64,000 nt of DNA, from the NCBI GenBank assembly GCA_964620655.1, contig CAZUJW010000001.1:20651-84650 (forward strand). Direction: 5' to 3'. This document shows, in pieces, positions 8,238 to 16,700 of the stretch. Below the pieces are notes generated by a model. The model was given only the letters and a program-made list of their open reading frames with translations, made no database searches and was not told the DNA's origin. The first letter of the stretch is position 1, and every line of letters starts with the position of its first letter. The position numbers and the translations under genes were made by a program. This DNA is from an uncultured Christensenella sp. GTDB lineage: Bacteria; Bacillota; Clostridia; Christensenellales; DTU072.

Positions 8238-8428
8238 GAAGCGTGTATATTACGTTTCGTTACGCCGCCGAAAACGAAGTCGGATTTACCGAAAATTTGT
8301 TTGTTCGACGAATCGGCAAAAAGAAGCGGATAAAGAATTAAGTTTTCGACGGCTTTTGCAAAAACTGCGTCTACCGTACTCAGTACGCCTACGCCTTGTT
8401 TTCGCAAAAAATAAACGCAATCTACACG
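8238..8428 (+). repeat. Intergenic repeat family U, copy U2 (full length, with the 56-nt hairpin core at 8354-8409)
   Basis: Starts at the nucleotide after the stop codon of the HUH-like gene. It is the reverse-complement match of 8957-9140 and the same-strand match of 55347-55536. Confidence 0.65.
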
Positions 8429-8505
8429 TTTCTATTTTTGATAATAAATATTGACGATATAATAAAATAATGCTAAAATATATCTATTGACACGGAGGTA
8501 ATAAA

Positions 8506-8859
8506 GTGGAACAGCAACAAGTACAGGCTACGCGCAAAAGAAGAAGTTTGAGATCGTGTTTTTCCGGCACGGCAGGGAAGTATTTTTTCCTTCGTTTGGG
8601 GCTTGCTTTGCTGTCGATAATACCTATAATCGGACTCCCGAACGCCGTATGCATCTGGGAAAGATACAGATGCAGGAACACGCAAATAGTAGGTATGCCC
8701 TTGCAATTCACGGGAAGAGCGGGAGAGTTGTTAAAAAAAATGATCGTCTGGGGCTTTTTTACGATAATCACGATAGGGATTTACGGCTTGATACTTGCTC
8801 CCGTACGTTTCGACCAGTGGAAAGCGGAACACACCATATTCGGACCGGTGACCATGTAA
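8506..8859 (+). CDS. Small membrane protein, DUF898/YjgN-like
   Basis: GTG start after a GGAGG SD. The pattern F.GTAGKYF...LLSI..IGLP...ERYRCRNTQI.G.PLQFTGRAGELL...TIITIGIYG matches the DUF898 repeat-unit logic. 117 aa with 2-3 TM. Confidence 0.5.
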   Translation: MEQQQVQATRKRRSLRSCFSGTAGKYFFLRLGLALLSIIPIIGLPNAVCIWERYRCRNTQIVGMPLQFTGRAGELLKKMIVWGFFTIITIGIYGLILAPVRFDQWKAEHTIFGPVTM

Positions 8860-8892
8860 GTATCGCGGTGATTAAAAAAGGTAATAAAAGTA

Positions 8893-8917
8893 GGGAAGCA
8901 CAGGCTTCCCTTTTTTT
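8893..8917 (+). terminator. Rho-independent terminator
   Basis: gggaagc-acag-gcttccc followed by TTTTTTT. Confidence 0.7.
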
Positions 8918-8956
8918 GCGGAAATAACTTTTACAACGGAATTATCAGGAGCGGCT

Positions 8957-9140
8957 AAGGTGCGTTGATTTTTTGCGAAAACGGAGCGTAGGCGTACTAA
9001 GTACGGTAGACGACGTTTTCGCGAAAGCCACGAAAAACTAAAATCTTAATCCGCTTTCTATTCTGCGACTAAAAGTAGATTTTGAAAATTTACGTAAGGT
9101 CGTTTTTTGCGGCGTAAATAAGCGTGCATTAGACGCTCCT
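8957..9140 (-). repeat. Intergenic repeat family U, copy U3 (full length, core at 8971-9026)
   Basis: Inverted relative to U2. Its non-core part aligns with U1 (for example tttgaaaattta, cgttttttgcggcgtaaa, gacgctcc). Confidence 0.65.
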
Positions 9141-9145
9141 AATTG

Positions 9146-9174
9146 TTGAAAACAACGTTTAATAATGGTATTAT
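9146..9174 (+). promoter_or_regulatory. Sigma-A-like promoter placed so that transcription would start at the uvrC ATG
   Basis: TTGAAA, 17-nt spacer, TATTAT. The A of the uvrC ATG (9181) is 7 nt past the -10 hexamer. There is no SD in the 25 nt upstream. The promoter abuts the end of repeat U3. Confidence 0.4.
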
Positions 9175-9180
9175 TATAAT

Positions 9181-10992
9181 ATGAGCGTAATCAGCGATAA
9201 ACTTGCCACGCTGCCCGAACAAAGCGGCGTATATATAATGCTTGACGAGTACGACAACGTACTCTACGTAGGCAAAGCAAAAATTCTCAAAAACAGAGTA
9301 AGACAGTATTTTCATAAGTGCGTCAAGAACGATAAAACTATGGCGCTCGTCGAGAAGATTAAGAATTTCCGCTATATAATCACGCCCAACGAGTACGAAG
9401 CGTTGATTTTGGAAAACAACCTGATTAAGGAATACAACCCGCCGTATAATATTCTTCTTAAAGACGATAAAACCTATCCTTATATAAGGATAAACGTTAA
9501 GGAAAAATATCCGAGGATAGAAGTCTGTTACAAACTAAGAAGCGACGGGGCAAGATATTTCGGTCCGTATATGCTCGGTATCTCGGTACGAGATATAATG
9601 GAAGTTATCGAGGCGGTTTTTCCGTTAAGAACCTGTCGCAATATGCCGAAAAAGGAGTGTCTTAATTACCATCTGAAGAAGTGCCTTGCGCCATGCGTGG
9701 GCAAAGTCACCCCCGAAGAGTACGGAAAGGTAGTTAAGGACGTAATAAAGTTTCTTAACGGCGACGACGCTTTCGTGTCGGAACTTATCGCAAATAAGAT
9801 GACGAAGTTCGCCGAAATGGAAGAATTCGAACTCGCTCTGCATTACAGAAACGTATCCGAGATACTCGAAAAACTCGTCAGAAAACAAACTATTCCGTTC
9901 AAACAGGACGTAAATATCGACGTTTTCACGTTCGCAACAAACGGTATGTATTCCGTAGTCAATTGTTTCGCCGTAAGGGGCGGCAAGTTTTTGGGCGGTG
10001 ACAATTATCCTTATTACGAAGTGGAAAAAAGCAACTGCCTTGCTTCATTTATCATGCAGTATTACGAAAAAAATCCCGTTTTGTGCAGCGAGATTATCGT
10101 AGGAGAAGAGTTGGAATTCAAGGCGGAGTTAGCCGATTATCTGAGCGTAAAAGCGGGCAAAAAAATAAATATCGCCACGCCTACGGGCGGAATAAGAAAA
10201 CAGCTTGTCGAAATGGGCGAAACCAACTGCGCCGAGTATCTGTCGCGGCAACTCGAACACTTCAATAAGTATCAGGAGATGACGAAAGGTGCGGTCGCGC
10301 AGCTTATGGAAACGCTGAATTTGCCGTGCCTTCCGAGAAGAATGGAGTGTTATGACGTTTCGCACATCGGCGGAACTAACAAGGTAGCAAGTATGGTAGT
10401 CTTTATCGACGGCGAAAAATCGTCGAAAAACTATCGCCATTTCAAGATAAGAACCGTACAGGGAAACAACGATTTCGCGTCCATGTACGAAGCTCTGTCG
10501 AGAAGACTTACCAAAATCGGCAAGTCGGAAGATTTATCATTTAACGCGAAACCAGACCTTATAGTAGTAGACGGAGGCAAAGGACAGCTTACTTACGCTC
10601 TTAAAGCGGCGGAAGACGCAGGCGTGAACGTGAACTTTATAAGCCTTGCCAAAAGGGAAGAAGAAGTCTTTTTACCGGGAAGAGAAGACAGCGTGATTCT
10701 TCCGCGAAACAGCCTTGCGTTAAAACTTATAGTAAGGATAAGAGACGAAGCGCATCGCTTCGCCATTACACATCACAGGAATTTAAGGCTGAAACAAATG
10801 ACGGAAACCGAGCTTACGAAAATCCCCGGTATAGGCAAAGAGAAAGCTAAAATCTTACTCGGAGCGTTTAAAAAAATCGATGCGATTTCGGCGGCTACTG
10901 AAGAAGAACTTACCGCGGTAAAGGGCATTTCTAAAAAGGACGCCAAAGAAATAAAGCGGTATTACGAAGGAGAAAACGATGCTGAAATATAA
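9181..10992 (+). CDS. uvrC: Excinuclease ABC subunit C
   Basis: GIY-YIG N-terminus (GVYIMLDEYDNVLYVGKAKILKNRVRQYF), the UvrC central and endonuclease regions, and a C-terminal (HhH)2. 603 aa. Confidence 0.95.
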   Translation: MSVISDKLATLPEQSGVYIMLDEYDNVLYVGKAKILKNRVRQYFHKCVKNDKTMALVEKIKNFRYIITPNEYEALILENNLIKEYNPPYNILLKDDKTYPYIRINVKEKYPRIEVCYKLRSDGARYFGPYMLGISVRDIMEVIEAVFPLRTCRNMPKKECLNYHLKKCLAPCVGKVTPEEYGKVVKDVIKFLNGDDAFVSELIANKMTKFAEMEEFELALHYRNVSEILEKLVRKQTIPFKQDVNIDVFTFATNGMYSVVNCFAVRGGKFLGGDNYPYYEVEKSNCLASFIMQYYEKNPVLCSEIIVGEELEFKAELADYLSVKAGKKINIATPTGGIRKQLVEMGETNCAEYLSRQLEHFNKYQEMTKGAVAQLMETLNLPCLPRRMECYDVSHIGGTNKVASMVVFIDGEKSSKNYRHFKIRTVQGNNDFASMYEALSRRLTKIGKSEDLSFNAKPDLIVVDGGKGQLTYALKAAEDAGVNVNFISLAKREEEVFLPGREDSVILPRNSLALKLIVRIRDEAHRFAITHHRNLRLKQMTETELTKIPGIGKEKAKILLGAFKKIDAISAATEEELTAVKGISKKDAKEIKRYYEGENDAEI

Positions 10993-11797
10993 ACTCATTT
11001 GCAGCGACCTTGACGACACGCTCATTACGTCGGAAGCTAAACTTACCGAAAGGACGAAAGACGCCGTAAGGCGATATAAGGAAGCGGGCGGCAGATTTTG
11101 CATAGTGACGGGAAGAATGACTCCGGGTGCAATTCCAATATGCAAAGAGCTTGGTTTGGATACCGAAACCGCCACTTATCAGGGAGCGGTAGTCACCGAC
11201 TTATCGACGGGAGAAGTCATCTTCAAGACGGTAATCGACAATAGTAAAGCGGTAAAAATATTGAGATATATAGAAAGTAAAGGCTTCTATTGTCAAACTT
11301 ATTCGGGCGATGAGTTCTGGACTCAAAAAGCGGGAGAACATACCGTATTGTACGGTAAACTTTCTTCCGCCCGTTACAGAGAAACCGTCGTACCGCTCAG
11401 CGAAGCGGTGGAAAAAGAAAAGCTCGAACCGCCGAAAGTTCTTATTATGGCAGAACCCGAAAAAGTCCCCGCTTTCGAAAAAGAACTTAAAGAAAAATTC
11501 GGCGACGATTTTCTTATCAACACGTCAAAACCTTTCATTATAGAAATTATCCCTAAGACCATAAGTAAGGCGAAAGCGGTAGAAAGCATAGCCGAAAGGC
11601 ACGGAATAAAAAGAGAAGAAATAATCTGTATCGGCGACTCGGAAAACGACCTTACCATGCTTACTTACGCAGGGCTCGGCGTTGCGGTAAACAATGCGTC
11701 CGACTATGTGAAAAGTTTCGTCAAAGTTGTCGCCCCCGACAATAATTCCGACGGCGTGGCGTGGGTGATAGATAATTACGGATTATCGAAAGCATAG
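10979..11797 (+). CDS. Cof-type HAD-IIB family hydrolase
   Basis: Motif I CSDLDDTL and motif IV GDSENDLTML. AAGGAG SD. Overlaps the uvrC 3' end by 14 nt. Confidence 0.85.
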   Translation: MLKYKLICSDLDDTLITSEAKLTERTKDAVRRYKEAGGRFCIVTGRMTPGAIPICKELGLDTETATYQGAVVTDLSTGEVIFKTVIDNSKAVKILRYIESKGFYCQTYSGDEFWTQKAGEHTVLYGKLSSARYRETVVPLSEAVEKEKLEPPKVLIMAEPEKVPAFEKELKEKFGDDFLINTSKPFIIEIIPKTISKAKAVESIAERHGIKREEIICIGDSENDLTMLTYAGLGVAVNNASDYVKSFVKVVAPDNNSDGVAWVIDNYGLSKA

Positions 11798-11916
11798 CTT
11801 ACGGTAAGGCAAAAATCGACAGGAAGTTCCGTTCGTATAAAGCATAAACCGCACCCCTTTTTTATAGAATATGGATAGTCGGCGCAGTTGACTAAAATCT
11901 GTAAAGAAGGTATAAT

Positions 11917-12786
11917 ATGAAGACTCGATTTATTACGGCGGAAGCGTCGCTTATATCGTCCGTAAGATGCGGCGGAAAAATAGAAAGATTGTTCGCTCCA
12001 TGCGTTTTAAGCGACGTATTGCGACTAAAAGACGAATATCCCGACGAAAAGTTACGGATAATAGGCGGACTTACGAATACTCTCGTATTAAGTTCGGGCG
12101 TTAAGGATATCGTAATAACTTCCGAAAACATGCGCGGACTTACCGTGGAAGGGAACGTAATAAAAGCTTTTGCGGGAGAAAAATTAAGTAACGTGGCCAA
12201 GACTGCAAGAACCTACGGGCTTAGCGGAATGGAAAGACTTTCGGGAATACCCGGTACGGTCGGCGGAGCGGTTATGGGCAATGCGGGCAGTTTCGGCGAC
12301 AGTATATCCGACGTCTTTATCGGGGCGGAGACAGTCGATCTCGATAAAGGCAAAACGGAATTTATCCCCGCGGAAGAAATAGCTTTCGGGTACAGATACT
12401 GTAATTTGCGAAAACATAAAGATTATATCTATCGGGCGTGGTTCGGACTTACGCAAGGAAGATACGAAACGATAGCCGCCCTTACCGAAAAGGCGAGAGC
12501 AGACAGATTGTCTACGCAACCTAAATACCCGTCGCTCGGGTGCGTATTCAAGAAGTACGCCGACGAGTCGGCAGGGTGGTATATTGAGCAGGCGGGACTT
12601 AAAGGTTATCGTTACGGCGGAATGGAAATATCCGACGCGCACGCTAACTTTATCGTAAATCGCGGGGGCGGAACCCCGGAAGAATATATTTACCTTGTCG
12701 GACTTGCCGAAAGAAAGGTATACGAAACGTTCGGGATAAAACTTGTCAGGGAGATAAAAGTATTAGGTGAGCAGGAAAATAATTGA
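11917..12786 (+). CDS. murB: UDP-N-acetylenolpyruvoylglucosamine reductase
   Basis: FAD-binding N-terminal domain (IIGGLTNTLV) and a MurB C-terminal domain (GMEISDAHANFIVN). 289 aa. Confidence 0.9.
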   Translation: MKTRFITAEASLISSVRCGGKIERLFAPCVLSDVLRLKDEYPDEKLRIIGGLTNTLVLSSGVKDIVITSENMRGLTVEGNVIKAFAGEKLSNVAKTARTYGLSGMERLSGIPGTVGGAVMGNAGSFGDSISDVFIGAETVDLDKGKTEFIPAEEIAFGYRYCNLRKHKDYIYRAWFGLTQGRYETIAALTEKARADRLSTQPKYPSLGCVFKKYADESAGWYIEQAGLKGYRYGGMEISDAHANFIVNRGGGTPEEYIYLVGLAERKVYETFGIKLVREIKVLGEQENN

Positions 12787-13738
12787 CGAAGTAAAACGGG
12801 AACTTCTCGCGGAAGAAATCGGCGGGTGCTGTTCCTACGCCTTTTTGTCTGGAGCGATAAGGGGCGCGGGAGAACTCGGTTTTACCTTCAAAGGCTTTGC
12901 CCTTACTTTCCGTCACGACGACAGAGCGTTCGTTGAAAAAATATCTTCCGTCATAGAAAAAACTTTCGGAGAAAAATTTATCGTCGAAGAAACTTATATC
13001 GACATGGCGATAAAAAAAGGCACGACTTACGTACTCGCAATTCCTGCGGAAACGGCGGTAGGAATACTCGAAAGATGCGAAATAGTCCGTTCTCGTTGCG
13101 AACTCGTAAGCACTTTACCGCGTACGCTCGTAGGCAGGAAGTGTTGCCAAAAAGCCTACCTTGCGGGTTTGTTTTTATCATGCGGATACTTAGGAGTCCC
13201 CGACCAAATCAACGAGTGGACGGGCGGTAAATCCCGTTGCGGGTACTCTTTGGAATATAAACTGAATTCCGATATAATTATGGAGCCGATAAAAAAGCTC
13301 ATAAAAAAAGCTGCTTTTTTGGAAGATAACAGCGTTCTTACTCGCAAGAGGGGTAGCGTAATCTACGTAAAAAACGCCGAAGCGATAGCAAAGGTCCTTA
13401 CCGCCACGGGTAGCAACGTCGGCGTAATGTCCTTGCAGGAAATCGTTCTTGAACGGCAGATGAAAAACAGAATAAACCGAGTGAACAACTTCGATTTAGC
13501 CAACATCGACAAGTCTGTAAACGCCAGCGAAAAACAGATAAACGATATAAAGTATATCGACCGAAAAATAGGCATCGACTCTTTGCCGCCCGCCCTTGCG
13601 GAAACGTGCAGAATGAGATTAGCTTACCCGGACGCAGGGTTGGAAGAGTTAGGTAAGGCGTTCGACCCGCCTATAAGTAAAAGTTGTATAAACCACAGAA
13701 TGAGAAAGTTAGCGTCGATAGCGACGGAAATACGATAA
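12767..13738 (+). CDS. whiA: DNA-binding protein WhiA (sporulation/cell-division regulator)
   Basis: Degenerate LAGLIDADG-like core (AYLAGLFLSCGYL) plus a C-terminal HTH (ELGKAFDPPISKSCINHRMRKL). GTG start gives MSRKIIDEVKREL, typical of WhiA N-termini. Overlaps murB by 20 nt. Confidence 0.85.
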   Translation: MSRKIIDEVKRELLAEEIGGCCSYAFLSGAIRGAGELGFTFKGFALTFRHDDRAFVEKISSVIEKTFGEKFIVEETYIDMAIKKGTTYVLAIPAETAVGILERCEIVRSRCELVSTLPRTLVGRKCCQKAYLAGLFLSCGYLGVPDQINEWTGGKSRCGYSLEYKLNSDIIMEPIKKLIKKAAFLEDNSVLTRKRGSVIYVKNAEAIAKVLTATGSNVGVMSLQEIVLERQMKNRINRVNNFDLANIDKSVNASEKQINDIKYIDRKIGIDSLPPALAETCRMRLAYPDAGLEELGKAFDPPISKSCINHRMRKLASIATEIR

Positions 13739-13762
13739 TAATAACGGATAAAGGAAACACAA

Positions 13763-16700
13763 ATGAAAGAATTCGTACATTTGCATAATCATACCGAATA
13801 CAGTCTTCTCGACGGTTGTACGAGAGTGGAAAAACTCGTTCAGGAAGCCAAAGCGCAGGGGGCGAGAGCCGTCGCCATTACCGATCACGGCAATATGTAC
13901 GGCGCGATAAAGTTCTATAAAGCCTGCCAGAAACACGAAGTAAAACCTATAATCGGTTGCGAATTCTACGTTGCCGACGATTTGAACGTCAAGACGAGAG
14001 AAAACAACGCCCGTTATCACCTTATTTTGCTCGCAAAAAATTTACACGGGTTCCATAACCTTATGAAACTTTCGAGTATAGGCTACGTAGACGGGTTTTA
14101 TGACAGACCGAGAATAGACTATAACGTTCTTAAACAATACTCATCCGACCTTATCTGCCTTAGCGGTTGCGTCGCGGGGGGAGTGAGCAGACGGCTTAAC
14201 GATATGACTCTCGACGACCCGTACGGAGAAGCGTTGGCGTACGCAAAAAAAACGCAGGAGCTTTTCGCCAAAGGCGATTATTATATAGAACTGCAAAACC
14301 ACTTTATTAGAGAAGAATTGCACGCCCTGCCTTTGCTCAGGAAAATAGCGAAAGAAATAGGCGCAAAGACCGTCGCGACCAACGACTTACACTATCTTTA
14401 TAAGTCCGACGCGAAAGCACACGACATACTTTTGTGTATTCAGACGGCGAAAGACTACGACGACCCCAACCGTTTCCGTTTCCCGAACGACGAGTTTTAC
14501 TACAAGACCTACGATGAGATGTTGGCGGTTATAGGGGAAGAAGAATCGCTCGACAACACTCTTGAAGTCGCCGATAAAATAAACCTCGTTATACCGTTCC
14601 ATCAATATACCATACCGTACTATCAGCCACAGGAAGGTTATCCCGAAGACGCAGGGTGGTGCTCAAAGTTGCGTGAAAGACAGGTACTTGCGTATGACGG
14701 AACTACCGTAAGCGTAAAATACGACGACTGCAACCCCTTCTATATGGTGGCGGGCGATTTCGGAGACGTAAAAAACATTTCCAAACACACGACGTTGAAA
14801 GCATTGGACGCGGTAGTCGATTCTTTCGGTAAAGTAAGTGTTCAGTTCTCGAAATTTTTAAGTAACTTCGACATACCGACCGACGGAGCGGAATATTATC
14901 CCGCTGTCGAAGGCAAAGCTGTCGAAGATTACGAAACTTTCGATAAAATCGCAAAAGAACTCTATAACCACGCCCTTTCGGAATTTACGAAATATAAGCC
15001 GGCAGATATAAAAAACACTGCGGTAATAGGCTTGAATTATCCGTATGCGATGACTTTCAGCCCCGAAGTAAGCGCTCACCGCGCCGATTTACTTACCGTT
15101 ACGGCGCATTTGTTCGGATTTAATTCGGCGGACGAATTCGCAAACTACGCAAAAAAACTCGTCGATATTTACTCTGAGTATAGAACAAATCCCGAAAATT
15201 GCAGCTCGGCTTGGAGCAACGGCTGTTTTCTTACAGACAACGGCTCTTTCGTGTTCCCGGTGGCGTTCACGAACAAATTTTCCGACGTAGTAATAACGTA
15301 CATGTTTTTGGACGTCGAAGGAAGATTATCTTTATGGATGCACGACGTCAACGCTGCACTGAGAGCTACCAATTTCGATGCTGTTTATCATTCGGAAAAC
15401 GTAATAAACAGTCTGTATTGCAAGAACGTACTTTTCATAGTAGGCGGAGCGGACGCTGAATATCTCCGTAACATGGCGTATAAGGGACTTGCCGACCGTT
15501 ACGGCAAAGTAACGCCCGAAATTAAAGAGAGAGCCGAAGACGAATTGCAGACCATTATATCGATGGGTTTTGCGTCGTACTATCTCATAGTTTGGGATTT
15601 TATAAATTACGCCAAAAGCAATGGTATTCCCGTAGGAGCGGGGCGCGGAAGCGGCGTTGGAAGCATAATTGCGTACGCCGTAAGAATAACCAACGTGGAT
15701 CCGTTGAAGTACGATCTTTTATTCCAACGTTTTCTTAACTCTTCTCGTCAGAGTATGCCCGACTTCGACGTTGACTTCTGTTCGGACAGAAGAGAAGAAG
15801 TAATAGAGTACGTCCGCAAAAAATACGGATACGATCACGTCACGCAGATAATAACCTTCGGTAAAATGAAGAAAAAGAACGCCATAAAAAACGTGTGCCG
15901 AGTCTTCAAAATACCATTTGCCGAAAGTAACGCGCTCGTAAAAAACATCACCGACAACGATAAAGCAGTTCATATTTCGAACTTGCTCGACCCGAACGAC
16001 GTTCACGCCGTGCCGGAACTTATAGAACTGTACCGTAACGACACCTATAAAGAAATTTTCGACATAGCAATTCAGCTTGAAGATCTGCCTAAGGATAGGG
16101 GCAAACATGCCGCAGGCGTAATTATATGCCCGTATTCCGTCAGTGAAAAAGTGCCTTTGTCGAGGAACGGCGAAGATATAACCACTCAGTTCGATATGAC
16201 GGAATGTGAAGAGTTAGGGTTGCTGAAAATGGATTTTTTGGCACTCAAAACCCTTACCGACGTAAAAATGGCTCAGGACTTCGTCGAGAAGTACGAAGGG
16301 GTTAAGGTAAGTTTCGACGAGTTAGGGTACGAAGATAAAGAAGTCTATCAGATGATAGGCAACGGCGAAACCGATACCGTGTTCCAGCTCGAAAGCGGCG
16401 GGATGAAAGGCTTTATGAAGCAGTTAAAACCCACTCTTCTCGAAGAAATCATAGCAGGAGTGTCGCTGTATCGTCCCGGTCCTATGGCGTACGTCCCGGC
16501 GTACGTTTACAATAAGCAGCACCAGTCGGAGATAGACTATCGTCATCCGCTTTTGGAACCTATCTTAAAAAGCACTTACGGCATAATCGTGTATCAGGAG
16601 CAGGCGATGAGAATTACGCAGCATCTTGCGGGATACTCCCTTAACGAAGCCGACAACTTCCGTAAGTTCATATCAAAAAAGAAAGTCGAAGAAATACCTA

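Noticed and set aside
7931-8927. Overlapping alternative-frame ORFs 7931-8341, 8556-8927, 8473-8706 and 8484-8771 around the HUH-like and DUF898-like genes.
   Set aside because: They are Arg/Lys/Ser-rich or low-complexity translations without SDs. They overlap better-supported genes or the family-U repeat, and are most likely spurious.
11888-11916. A perfect-looking promoter (TTGACT-17-TATAAT) ends directly at the murB ATG, which would make murB leaderless or force a later start.
   Set aside because: The -10 abuts the ATG with 0-nt spacing, so a transcript from it would begin inside the coding region. The same sequence contains an AGAAGG SD 6 nt before the ATG, and the N-terminus fits MurB. 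I read it as an SD region with fortuitous promoter resemblance, with murB probably transcribed from upstream.
14657-15460. Considered that the DnaE insertion might be an intein or a homing-endonuclease insertion.
   Set aside because: It has no splice-junction residues (no Cys/Ser at the N-terminal junction in context, no terminal His-Asn followed by Cys/Ser/Thr) and no LAGLIDADG, HNH or GIY-YIG blocks. It is kept as an unexplained insertion instead.
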